Assembly: GCA_963701505.1 (NCBI GenBank)
Contig: CAVOZZ010000012.1
Span: 80,219 to 144,218, forward strand
Source: an uncultured Gammaproteobacteria bacterium
GTDB taxonomy: Bacteria > Pseudomonadota > Gammaproteobacteria > UBA9214
Direction of reading: 5' to 3'
DNA: 64,000 bases
Shown here: positions 32,913-42,123 of the stretch, piece after piece
How positions within the stretch are numbered: the stretch's first letter is position 1
Layout: each line of letters starts with the position of its first letter
The notes under the pieces: generated by a model
What the model saw: the letters and a program-made list of their open reading frames with translations, nothing else
The model's database searches: none
Told to the model about the DNA's origin: nothing
Made by a program: the position numbers and the translations under genes

Positions 32913-33662
32913 TCTCCCACTCCAGCAATAACGCCGTCTCTTTACTATCAGGAAAATTATTCTTGAGAATAATTGCGTATTGTCCCCAGGCCTGATTATC
33001 GTTCAGGGCAAATTCGGTACGCACCGCCAGCCACAGGCTCTGCGGATTGTGATCGGCCACCTGCTGCAGACGCTGCAAATAGCCACGCGCACTCAAATAA
33101 TTGGCTTGCTCGAACTTGATGATCGCCATCTGCAGCAGTGCCGGTGCAAACTTCGGGTTTTTCTCCAGCGCCAGGCGGTAGTACTCGCTGGCAGCTTCCA
33201 GATCCGGTATGCGTGCCGCACACAGACCGGCATTGGTCAGTGGCACTTCCGGTGTCTGCATAGAAAGGGTTGTCCGCTGCCTTCATGAACTCTGCAGTGG
33301 CTTCCTTGTAACGGTCCCGGAAGCACAGAAACTGTCCGTAGTTGTTATGCGCCCGTGCACTGTCCGGACTCAGTTTCAGGGATTGTTTATAGTGCTTCTC
33401 CGCCAGGCCGTATTCGCCGACCTTTTCATAAAGCACGGCGATTGCATCGTGCGCAGGCGCGTAGTTTGGTTCCAGTTCCAGCGCCTTCTCCAGCTTTACC
33501 CTTGACTGCTCGTAGTTACCCTTGCGCAGGTACTCGACACCCAGTTGGGTATTCGCCTGGGCGGCCACGGCAGCGGCATTCTGCTTCATCCTTTGTTTCA
33601 GGCGAACTGGCACAGGCAGTCAGCAGTGCGCGACAATTACACAAACAACAAATCGTTTGCAT
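32890..33662 (-). pseudogene. pilW: Type IV pilus biogenesis/stability TPR lipoprotein PilW (PilF-type), frame-disrupted (2 shifts, near 33580 and 33265)
   Basis: The start is MQTICCLCNCRALLTAC (lipobox). TPR repeats follow (LGVEYLRKGNYEQSRVKLEKALELEPNYAPAH...). The C-terminal half (EVPLTNAGLCAARIPDLEAASEYYRLALEKNP...) is in ORF 32890-33261. Confidence 0.75.
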
Positions 33663-33665
33663 TTT

Positions 33666-34771
33666 TCATTGCTGGCTACCCGGGTGTTTTTCTGTAGCCC
33701 GTTCACGTCGCCGTGTCCGGTCCTGGAACTGTCCCGCCAGCTGACCGCAGGCGGCATCGATATCATCGCCACGGGTACGACGTGTAATGGTCACGACCCC
33801 GGCATTGTTCAGTATCTCGAAGAAACGCTGGATGCGATTATTGGAACTGCGCTGATAGCGGGTCTCGGGAAAGGGATTAAACGGTATCAGGTTGACCTTT
33901 GCCGGTACGCCCTCAAGGCAGCGCAGCCAGCTGGCGCGCATGGGCATCGCTGTCATTGACACCGGCGAGCATCACGTATTCAAAGGTCACGCGGCGCCGG
34001 CCCTCGCCTACATAGGCCTTGCACGCAGCCAGCAGTTCACGAATCGGGTATTTCTTGTTCAGCGGCACCAGCTGGTTACGCAGCAGATCATCAGGTGCAT
34101 GCAGCGACACTGCCAGGCTGACATCACAATCCTCACGCAGTTGCTCGATTGCCGGTATGACACCCGCGGTACTCAGGGTGATGCGGCGCTTCGACAGACC
34201 ATAGCCGAAATCATCCAGCATGATGCCCATGGCACGCACGACATTGTCATAGTTCAGCAAGGGTTCGCCCATGCCCATCATGACCACGTTGGATATAAGC
34301 TCGTTCGCCATCGACGGTCTGCCCGAGTGCCCGGGCGGCAATCCATAGCTGCGCGATAATTTCGCCGCTGGACAGATTGCGATTGAATCCCTGTTGCGCG
34401 GTAGAACAAAAACTGCAGTTCAGCATGCAGCCTACCTGTGATGACACACACAGGGTGCCACGCTCGGCCTCCGGGATATACACCGTCTCTATGCAGTTGC
34501 CATCATCCAGCTGCAACAGCCACTTCCGTGAACCGTCATCAGAGAGGTGGTCGGATACAACGACCGGCAAACGCAGCTCTGCGCAGGACTGCAGGTCGGC
34601 GCGCAGTCCCTTGCTGATATTGGTCATCGCCTCGAAATCGGTTACACCCTGACCATAGATCCACTTCATCAGCTGCGTGGCGCGAAAGGCTTTCTCCCCA
34701 CGCGCGCTGAAAAAGTCCATCAGCCCGGCACGATCAAGATCCAGCAAATTGGTTTTCATGGTATCGGTCAT
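33666..34771 (-). pseudogene. rlmN: 23S rRNA/tRNA m2A methyltransferase RlmN (radical SAM), frame-disrupted (2 shifts, near 34320 and 33925)
   Basis: The first piece reads [12 protein letters not shown]...[27 protein letters not shown]. The second reads [17 protein letters not shown]...LAVSLHAP. The third reads [12 protein letters not shown]...DIDAACGQL. Confidence 0.92.
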
Positions 34772-34793
34772 GATGGACTGAACGGGGCTGACC

Positions 34794-35225
34794 TTAGCGT
34801 GTGCGCGGGCACAGTTCCTCGTCAGCAAAGAAGTACCTGATTTCCTGTGCAGCTGTTTCCGGGGCATCCGAGCCGTGCACGGCATTTTCATCGACCGTCT
34901 TCGCGAAGTCAGCACGGATGGTGCCGGGAGCCGCATCCGCCGGGTTGGTCGCGCCCATCAGTTCACGGTTCTTGCTGATGGCATTCTCGCCCTCAAGCAC
35001 CTGCACCACGACCGGGCCTGAAATCATGAACTTGACCAGATCATTATAAAAGGGACGTCCGGCGTGCACGGCGTAGAACCCCTCTGCCTGTTCCTTGCTG
35101 AGGTGCAGCATCCTTGAGGCAATGACCTGCAGGCCATTGTTTTCAAAGCGACTCACGATCTCGCCAATCACGTTCTTGGCGACGGCATCCGGTTTAATTA
35201 TGGAAAAGGTCCGCTCAATTGCCAT
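34794..35225 (-). CDS. ndk: Nucleoside diphosphate kinase
   Basis: [23 protein letters not shown]...[12 protein letters not shown] is a canonical Ndk sequence. Confidence 0.96.
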   Translation of the reverse strand: MAIERTFSIIKPDAVAKNVIGEIVSRFENNGLQVIASRMLHLSKEQAEGFYAVHAGRPFYNDLVKFMISGPVVVQVLEGENAISKNRELMGATNPADAAPGTIRADFAKTVDENAVHGSDAPETAAQEIRYFFADEELCPRTR

Positions 35226-35406
35226 GCAAAACTCCATTGATATTCTTCAGAAACAAGAAACCCGTAAGAAAACGGGAGCTTAGTGAATAAATTCAAGCGG
35301 GTAGTTTAAGCGGATGGGCAGCGAGTGGCAATGATGGCAGACGCTATTTATATCAACGTGTATCAATGGAGCCAGACTCGAATGGACAGTCTCCTTAAGT
35401 CACCCT

Positions 35407-35442
35407 GCCACGGAAACAGACGAGAATCATGAGACACGGAAC
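35407..35442. repeat. Partial copy C of the CACGGAA-unit repeat
   Basis: The sequence is cttaagtcaccctGCCACGGAAACAGACGAGAATCATGAGACACGGAAC. It shares the left flank (cttaa..accctGCCACGGAAACA) with copy A. I see no clear right arm. Confidence 0.45.
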
Positions 35443-35593
35443 CGCTTGCCCGGTAAGATCGTTGAAGATTTGCTGTGTATCATCACCCTGGCATTCCGAT
35501 GACCAACTCTGCAACTTTGCTATATTGACTGAAAGGCTGCCTTGAGCAATTGCCATTGCGGTGACTAATTGGTTCAATTGATCCGGGATCGGC

Positions 35594-36463
35594 TCAGGAA
35601 AACACACGTTTGGCGGTTTTGCCGATCAGGGCGGGGTTGCGCACCACGTGACACCCAGTTCTTCCATCAGGTCCATCTTGGCGTTGGCGGTATCGGCCTC
35701 ACCCGAGATGATCGCACCGGCATGGCCCATGCGGCGACCGGGTGGCGCCGAGACACCGGCAACAAAACCCACCACCTTCTTGCTCATGTTCTCTTTTGCC
35801 CAGCGGGCGGCCTCGACTTCCTGCGGCCCGCCGATCTCGCCGATCATGATGACGGCTTCCGTCTCGGGGTCTGCTTCAAAGGCACGCAGCACCGTGACGA
35901 AGTCGGTGCCATTGACCGGATCACCGCCAATACCCACCGAGGTCGTCTGCCCCATGCCCAGTTCGGACATCTGCTGCACGGCCTCGTAGTTGAGGGTGCC
36001 GGAACGCGACACCACGCCGATGCGGCCCGGCGTATAGATATGCGAGGGCATGATGCCGACCTTGCAGGCACCCGGGGTAATGATGCCCGGCGTGTTCGGA
36101 CCGATGATGATGGCATCCTTGCCAGCGGCATAGCGTTTCACACGCACCATGTCCTGTACCGGAATGCCGTCGGCAATCACCACGATGACGCCAATGCCGG
36201 CTTCCAGTGATTCCATGATGGCATCCGCTGCAAACGGTGGCGGTACAAAAATGCCACTGACATCGGCACCGGTCTCGGCAACCGCCTGGTGCACGGTGTC
36301 GAACACCGGCAAGCCGAGATGCTCCTGCCCGCCCTTGCCCGGCGTCACGCCACCGACCACCGTGGTGCCGTTGTTGCATGGATTCTTCGGCATGAAAGGT
36401 CGCGTGCTGACCGGTGAAACCCTGGATGATGACACGTGAATGCTTGTGGACAAATACGCTCAT
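35594..36463 (-). pseudogene. mtkB: Succinyl-CoA synthetase-family alpha subunit, most likely malate--CoA ligase MtkB; frame-disrupted (2 shifts, near 36385 and 35645)
   Basis: MSVFVHKHSRVIIQGFTGQHATFHAEE is followed by GTTVVGGVTPGKGG...PPPFAADAIMES...GIPVQDMVRVKRY...SRSGTLNYEA...MIGEIGGPQEVEAARWAKEN...GHAGAII. The last 18 aa are in another frame. The motifs resemble MtkB more than SucD from memory, and the gene lies next to mcl. Confidence 0.7.
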
Positions 36464-37629
36464 GCTGTGCCCTCCAGTGCGGCAACGACCTTGGTGGCCG
36501 CATCGTCAAGATTGTCGGCCATGATAAACGGGAAACCGGATGCCTTGAGAATCGGCGCACCCTTTTCAACATTGGTCCCGGCCAGACGCACCACGATCGG
36601 TACCTGTATGTGCAGCTCGCGCATCGCCTGCACCAGCCCCTCGGCAATCCAGTCGCAGCGATTGATACCGGCAAAGATATTCACCAGGATGGCTTTTACA
36701 TTCGGGTCCTGCAGCACGATACGGAAGGCATTGCCGACCTTCTCGGGCGATGCACCACCGCCCACATCCAGGAAGTTGGCCGGCTTGCCGTTGTGAAAAC
36801 TGATCGCATCCATGGTCGCCATGGCCAGTCCGGCGCCGTTGACGATGCAGCCGACATTGCCATCCAGTGCAATGTAGTTGAGTCCGTGACCGGACGCCTC
36901 GACTTCCTTGACATCCTCTTCATCAAAATCGCGCAGCTCGATAATGTCGGGATGCCGGTACAGGGCATTACTGTCGAAGGACATCTTTGCATCCAGCGCC
37001 ATCAAGCGACCCGTCGTCGATATCAGCCAGCGGATTGATTTCCGCCAGCAGCGCATCTTTATCCCGGAAGCAGCGATACAGTGCCTGCATAATCTTGGCC
37101 GTCTCACCGATCTGCTTGCCTGCAGCCCCATCCTGGCAGCAATCTTGCGGCACTGAAAACCCGCCAGTCCGATGGCAGGATCTACCGCTTCACGGATGAC
37201 ACGGTCCGGATCTGTTTTTGCGACTTCCTCGATATTCATGCCACCGGACGCCGAGGCAATCACGGTAATTCGTTGTGTGGCACGGTCAATGACCATGCCG
37301 AGGTAATATTCCTTGTTGATGTTGCAGGCCTGCTCGACCAGAACGCGCTGCACCAGCCGGCCCTCTGCACCGGTTTGCGGGGTGACCAGGTGGGTGCCGA
37401 TCATTTCGTCGGTGAATTGCCTGACCTCATCCAGGGAGGAGGCGACCTTGACGCCACCGCCCTTGCCACGGCCACCGGCATGAATCTGCGCCTTGACGAC
37501 CCAGCGTTCGCCGCCCAGATCTTCCGCGATGGTGGCGGCATTGTCTACATTGTGTGCAACACGGCCATTCGGGACCGGCACACCAAAACCCCGCAGCAGT
37601 TCCTTGGTCTGGTACTCATGAATATTCAA
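36460..37629 (-). CDS. mtkA: Succinyl-CoA synthetase-family beta subunit, most likely malate--CoA ligase MtkA; ORF open, but about 37010-37125 is read out of frame
   Basis: The 389-aa ORF has an ATP-grasp N-terminus (MNIHEYQTKELLRGFGVPVP) and NIFAGINRCDWIAEG, which is MtkA-like (E. coli SucC has NIFGGIVRCDLIA). The conserved AGKQIGETAKIMQALYRCFRDKDALLAEINPLADIDDG is found only in the alternative frame (ORF 36968-37153). Confidence 0.7.
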   Translation of the reverse strand: MNIHEYQTKELLRGFGVPVPNGRVAHNVDNAATIAEDLGGERWVVKAQIHAGGRGKGGGVKVASSLDEVRQFTDEMIGTHLVTPQTGAEGRLVQRVLVEQACNINKEYYLGMVIDRATQRITVIASASGGMNIEEVAKTDPDRVIREAVDPAIGLAGFQCRKIAARMGLQASRSVRRPRLCRHCIAASGIKMRCWRKSIRWLISTTGRLMALDAKMSFDSNALYRHPDIIELRDFDEEDVKEVEASGHGLNYIALDGNVGCIVNGAGLAMATMDAISFHNGKPANFLDVGGGASPEKVGNAFRIVLQDPNVKAILVNIFAGINRCDWIAEGLVQAMRELHIQVPIVVRLAGTNVEKGAPILKASGFPFIMADNLDDAATKVVAALEGTA

Positions 37630-37663
37630 AAGAATTCTCCGGAAATTTGTTGTTTAACAGCAG

Positions 37664-38638
37664 TTACTTGCGTGCCGCGAGTGATTTCTCGATCTGCGCG
37701 ACTTTGTCCACCATCACCTGCGCCTGGCGAATGGAGGCCGCGTCGATCAGCCGGCCGTCCAGCGACACGGCACCCTTGCCCTGGGCCGCGGCTTCCTTCA
37801 TGGCGACCAGGATGCGGCGCGCACGCTCGACTTCAGCCTCGGGCGGTGTAAACACTTCGTTGGCCAGTGCAATCTGTGACGGGTGTATGGCCCACTTGCC
37901 CTCGACACCCAGTGCGGCAACACTGCGGGAGACGGCCAGATAACCATCCGGATCGTTAAAATCACCAAACGGTCCATCGATCGGACGCAGTCCGTAGGCA
38001 CGACAGGCAACCACCATGCGGGAAATGGCAAAATGCCACTGGTCGCCCCAGTGACGCTCACGCCGACCCTCGCTGTCAGGGTGCGTCAGGGTGTAGTAAT
38101 CGTGTTTGCACCACCCATGTTGGTGGTGCGTGCCTGTGTCGAGGCCGCGTAATCAGCGACACCGAACACCATGGCCTCCATGCGTTCCGGGCAGGTCTGC
38201 GCAATGCTTTCGACATTCGCCATGCCCATTGCGGTTTCTATCAGTACATGAAGATTGATACGCTTGATTCCCTTGGCCGCCTCGATCTGCTCCAGCATGG
38301 TTGGAGACAAACAAGATATCCGAGGGAGAACCCACCTTGGGTATCAGGATCGTATCGAGCTTGTCGCCGGCCTGTTCGACCACGTCGACGATATCGCGGT
38401 AACAGTAGTGGGTATCCAGGCCATTGATGCGCACCGAGACACTGCAGTTCGACCAGTCGAGATCATTCAGCGCTTCAATCACGTTTTTGCGCGCCTGCGC
38501 CTTGTCATCCGGCGCCACGGCGTCCTCAAGGTCCAGGAAGACCATATCAGCACCGGCGGTGGGTGCCTTTTCAAGCATGCGTACATTGCTGCCGGGGACG
38601 GCCAGTTCACTGCGGTGCAGACGGTTTCGTAGAGCCAT
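37664..38638 (-). pseudogene. mcl: Malyl-CoA lyase (HpcH/HpaI aldolase / citrate-lyase beta-like family), frame-disrupted (2 shifts, near 38300 and 38062)
   Basis: The first piece reads MALRNRLHRSELAVPGSNVRMLEKA...FLDLEDAVAPDDK. The second reads MLEQIEAAKGIKRINLHVLIETAMG...VFGVADYAAS. The third reads HDYYTLTHPD...WHFAISRMVVACRAYGLRPIDGPFGDF...KWAIHPSQI. Confidence 0.82.
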
Positions 38639-39031
38639 GATGTACCTCTAGTCAGAATGATCCAATGCAGGGCGTCCGGCCATTCGCCTGGTGCCGGTCG
38701 ACGTGCCATCGGGACCAGGCCGGTGCAAACAAAGCCGCGTAATATACAATGTCGGGGCGAGTATTGGAATGTGGAAGCGCGCGAGCAACCGCCATGACCA
38801 CAACTTGCAAGGCACAGGGCGGACACCACACATTACACATATTATATATTATTTATCAATTGTATAGCTATATTTCTTCATGCTTTCTCTATACCTGACC
38901 AAGGGCCTTCCTGTGTACTTTTGCCTTACTTCGCAGCGGCGCTTCTATATAATCTGCACCCCCGGGACAGCACCCCGGCATCGCATGACTACCAACGGAG
39001 ACCACCAACGGCTTACACCGGGAGGCAAGGC

Positions 39032-39544
39032 ATGAAATTATTACAGGGACTGTGTGTCGCAATGCTGCTGGGCAGCCCGCTTGCACATGGCAGCAGCAGT
39101 GATCCTGGCAAGGTCATTGCCGGATGGGTGGAAAAGATCAGCCTGGTGGAACAGCCAGTGCTGCTGAAGGCCAAACTGGACACCGGTGCCAAGACCTCGT
39201 CCATCCATGCCATCAATGTAGAGCCATTCATGCGCGAGGGTGAGCGCTGGGTGAGGTTCGACCTGCAGCTGAAAGACATTGAGGATAAACAACACACCCT
39301 CCACATGGAGAAGCCCAGATCGAGGCGTGTGCGTATCAAGGATGACGATGGTGAGCATGACCCGCGCTCCGTGATTGAACTGGAGATCTGTTTTGACGGG
39401 CGCAAACACGTTACAGAATTTACACTCGCAGACCGTTCTGAATATATATACGATGTGCTACTGGGTCGCGAGTTTCTGCAAGGCATCGCGGTCGTAGACC
39501 CTGAAAGCACATTCCTTACACAGGCAAACTGCCCGGCACCATGA
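39032..39544 (+). CDS. Secreted retropepsin-like protease (Zn_protease/RimB-like family)
   Basis: A GGGAGG SD precedes the ATG at 39032. The signal peptide is MKLLQGLCVAMLLGSPLAHG. The protein carries the aspartic-protease-type motifs KLDTGAKTSS and LLGREFL. It is the first gene of a four-gene operon. Confidence 0.8.
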   Translation: MKLLQGLCVAMLLGSPLAHGSSSDPGKVIAGWVEKISLVEQPVLLKAKLDTGAKTSSIHAINVEPFMREGERWVRFDLQLKDIEDKQHTLHMEKPRSRRVRIKDDDGEHDPRSVIELEICFDGRKHVTEFTLADRSEYIYDVLLGREFLQGIAVVDPESTFLTQANCPAP

Positions 39545-39563
39545 CCGTTACGAAAACAGCAGC

Positions 39564-41093
39564 ATGAATAGCTTAACCGCAAGAGGCTGGGCAGTGGCGC
39601 TGATACTGCTTGGACTGGCGATCACGGCTTACAAGGCCTACGAACTGGGTCTGCCACTGACACCCGAGCAGCATGCCGATGTGTGGACAGTGCAGGCACA
39701 GGTAGCATTCAAGGGCAAGGGCGGGCCGGCAAAACTTTCACTGTTCATTCCTGAAAACACCCCGGGCTTCATGTTACTGGATGAGGATTTCATCTCCAGC
39801 CGCTATGGGCTGACCATAGCGAAGTCACATGAAAACCGAAGAGCCGACTGGGCGATACGCCGGGCGAAAGGCGCACAAACCCTCTATTACAGAATATCGG
39901 TGGCCCGATCAAACCTGAACGTCGACTGGGAAACGAAGCCCGAGTTCCCTACCCCTCCGGAGTACGAGGAACCCTACGCCTCTGCAATCCGCGCAATTAT
40001 CGAGGATGTGCGTGAAGAGTCCGCCGATGTTGAGTCATATACGCTGGAGCTACTCAAGCAACTCAACTCAAGCGCGCCAAATGAAAACGTGGAACTGATC
40101 CGCGACCAGGCAAGCAATGCCGGCCAGTGGACAAACGAAATCATCAACGTGCTGAAAGGTGTCCGCATCCCGGCGCGCATAATCTGGGGGATCGATATCA
40201 ACGACTCGGCAAATAACGCCACACTGCGGCCGTTGCTGCAGGTGCATAATGGCAGCAACTGGCTGAGCTTCGATCCGGAAACCGGCAGAGAAGGTATCCC
40301 GGTGAATTTTCTTGTCTGGAAAGTCGGCGACAAGAGTGTCTCGGCACTGGATGGCGGCAGTGATCTGAACATCAATTTCTCGGTAACCCGCACCTATGCC
40401 GAACTGATCGATATTGCCCGCCAGGGCGCCGCGAAACGGGATTCCTTCTTTTCTGAATTTTCCCTGCTTTCATTGCCGGTACAGAACCAGAATGCCTACC
40501 AGTTGCTGCTGATGCTGCCGCTGGGCGCATTACTGGTGGTGTTCCTGAGAACCATCATCGGACTCAAGACCTTCGGTACTTTCATGCCCATCCTGATCGC
40601 CATGGCCTTTCGGGAGACGCAGCTCTTCTGGGGCGTGCTCATGTTCAGCCTGATTGTTTCCATTGGACTGATGATTCGTTTTTATCTTGAGAAACTGTAT
40701 CTGTTGCTGGTTCCGCGACTGGCCTCGGTACTGGTTATTGTCGTGATTCTCATGCTGGTTATCAGCCTCATGACCAACCAGCTGGGAGTCGAACGCCTGC
40801 TGTCCATCTCCCTGTTCCCGATGGTCATCCTTGCCATGACCATCGAGCGTATGTCGATAACCTGGGAGGAAAACGGGGCACGGAATGCCATTCTCCAGGG
40901 CCTTGGCAGCCTCTTGGTCGCCTCGATTGGCTACGTGGTCATGACAAACGAGAACCTGATGTATCTCATCTTTGTTTTTCCGGAGTTATTGCTGGTAGTA
41001 CTGGGTCTGTGTCTGTGGATGGGCGGTTATACCGGCTATCGACTGACGGAACTGGTACGTTTCAAGGGCATGCTGGGCAAGGAAGAAAAATGA
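39564..41093 (+). CDS. Inactive-transglutaminase domain fused to 7 transmembrane helices
   Basis: The 509-aa protein has one N-terminal TM segment. A Cys-free extracytoplasmic domain of about 300 aa follows, then seven hydrophobic segments (LLLMLPLGALLVVFL ... LLLVVLGLCLWMGG). This matches the family usually linked to RimK-related ligases. Confidence 0.8.
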   Translation: MNSLTARGWAVALILLGLAITAYKAYELGLPLTPEQHADVWTVQAQVAFKGKGGPAKLSLFIPENTPGFMLLDEDFISSRYGLTIAKSHENRRADWAIRRAKGAQTLYYRISVARSNLNVDWETKPEFPTPPEYEEPYASAIRAIIEDVREESADVESYTLELLKQLNSSAPNENVELIRDQASNAGQWTNEIINVLKGVRIPARIIWGIDINDSANNATLRPLLQVHNGSNWLSFDPETGREGIPVNFLVWKVGDKSVSALDGGSDLNINFSVTRTYAELIDIARQGAAKRDSFFSEFSLLSLPVQNQNAYQLLLMLPLGALLVVFLRTIIGLKTFGTFMPILIAMAFRETQLFWGVLMFSLIVSIGLMIRFYLEKLYLLLVPRLASVLVIVVILMLVISLMTNQLGVERLLSISLFPMVILAMTIERMSITWEENGARNAILQGLGSLLVASIGYVVMTNENLMYLIFVFPELLLVVLGLCLWMGGYTGYRLTELVRFKGMLGKEEK

Positions 41094-42061
41094 GATTCTT
41101 TGCCACACCAGCGGAACTGCGCGCACGCGGTGTACTGGGAATAAACAAGCGCAACGCAGACTACATCATGCGCTACAATCCGCGCAGACTCTTTCCACTG
41201 GTTGACAACAAGCTTGAAACCAAGAAACTGGCACTGGAAGGCGGTATCGCGGTACCGGAACTCTACGGGGTGGTAGCCATTGAGCATCAGGTACAGGAGA
41301 TGGCTAGCTTGCTTGCCGATCACCAGGCGCTGGTAATCAAACCGGCACACGGCAGCGGCGGTAACGGCATCCTGGTCATCGGTGGTCGCATGGGTAATTT
41401 TTTTCGCCGGGCGAATGGCTCCCTGCTTTCAATAGAGGCCATACAACACCATACCTCAAATATTCTCAGCGGCATGTACAGTCTCGGTGGCATCCCTGAC
41501 AAGGCCATCCTGGAATACCGTGTTGACTTCGATCCGATGTTTGAACACATCAGCTACCAGGGCGTACCTGACATCAGAATCATTGTTTTTAAAGGAATCC
41601 CGACTGCCGCCATGATCCGCCTGCCTACCCGCGACTCTGATGGCAAGGCCAACCTGCACCAGGGTGCAGTCGGACTCGGGGTTAATATCGCGACCGGTGA
41701 AACCAGCTATGCTGTACACCATAATCACCTTGTCGAGCATCATCCCGATACCGGTCACGAAACCACCGGCATTGTCATTCCTCACTGGGATAACATGCTG
41801 CGGCTGGCGATGAAATGTGCAGACACGGTTGGCCTGGGTTACCTCGGTGTGGATATCGTCATCGACCGTACCCTTGGACCATTGATGCTGGAACTGAATG
41901 CGCGCCCCGGTCTGAGTATTCAGCTTGCTATCGGCCATGGCCTGCTGAATAGCCTCCAGAGGGTCGAAGCATGCCAACATTTACCAAAGAATATGGATGC
42001 ACGACTGGAATTCGCTAAAGGTATCCGTCCATGCGAAGATATAAGTGAGGTGATCAACTGA
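41090..42061 (+). CDS. RimK-related ATP-grasp ligase (alpha-L-glutamate ligase-like protein)
   Basis: The ATG overlaps the upstream stop (ATGA at 41090-41093). The protein reads MRFFATPAELRARGVLGINKRNADYIMRYNPRRLFPLVDNKLETKKLA with ATP-grasp core motifs (VIKPAHGSGGNGI, DIRIIVF, GYLGVDIVID, LELNARPG). Confidence 0.85.
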   Translation: MRFFATPAELRARGVLGINKRNADYIMRYNPRRLFPLVDNKLETKKLALEGGIAVPELYGVVAIEHQVQEMASLLADHQALVIKPAHGSGGNGILVIGGRMGNFFRRANGSLLSIEAIQHHTSNILSGMYSLGGIPDKAILEYRVDFDPMFEHISYQGVPDIRIIVFKGIPTAAMIRLPTRDSDGKANLHQGAVGLGVNIATGETSYAVHHNHLVEHHPDTGHETTGIVIPHWDNMLRLAMKCADTVGLGYLGVDIVIDRTLGPLMLELNARPGLSIQLAIGHGLLNSLQRVEACQHLPKNMDARLEFAKGIRPCEDISEVIN

Positions 42062-42077
42062 TTCGCATGTGTACCTT

Positions 42078-42123
42078 TTTTATGAAATCAAGCAACCGTC
42101 TTTTATGAAATCAAGCAACCGTC
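42078..42123 (+). repeat. Perfect 23-bp tandem duplication spanning the start codon of the next gene
   Basis: TTTTATGAAATCAAGCAACCGTC occurs twice, at 42078-42100 and 42101-42123. The first ATG (42082) gives an 8-codon uORF, MKSSNRLL. Its TGA (42106-42108) overlaps the second ATG (42105). Confidence 0.9.

Noticed and set aside
35395-35607. A 70-aa ORF on the minus strand in the ndk-mtkB spacer.
   Set aside because: It overlaps repeat copy C and the 3' end of mtkB. It has no SD and no recognisable features, so it is most likely an artefact of the repeat sequence.
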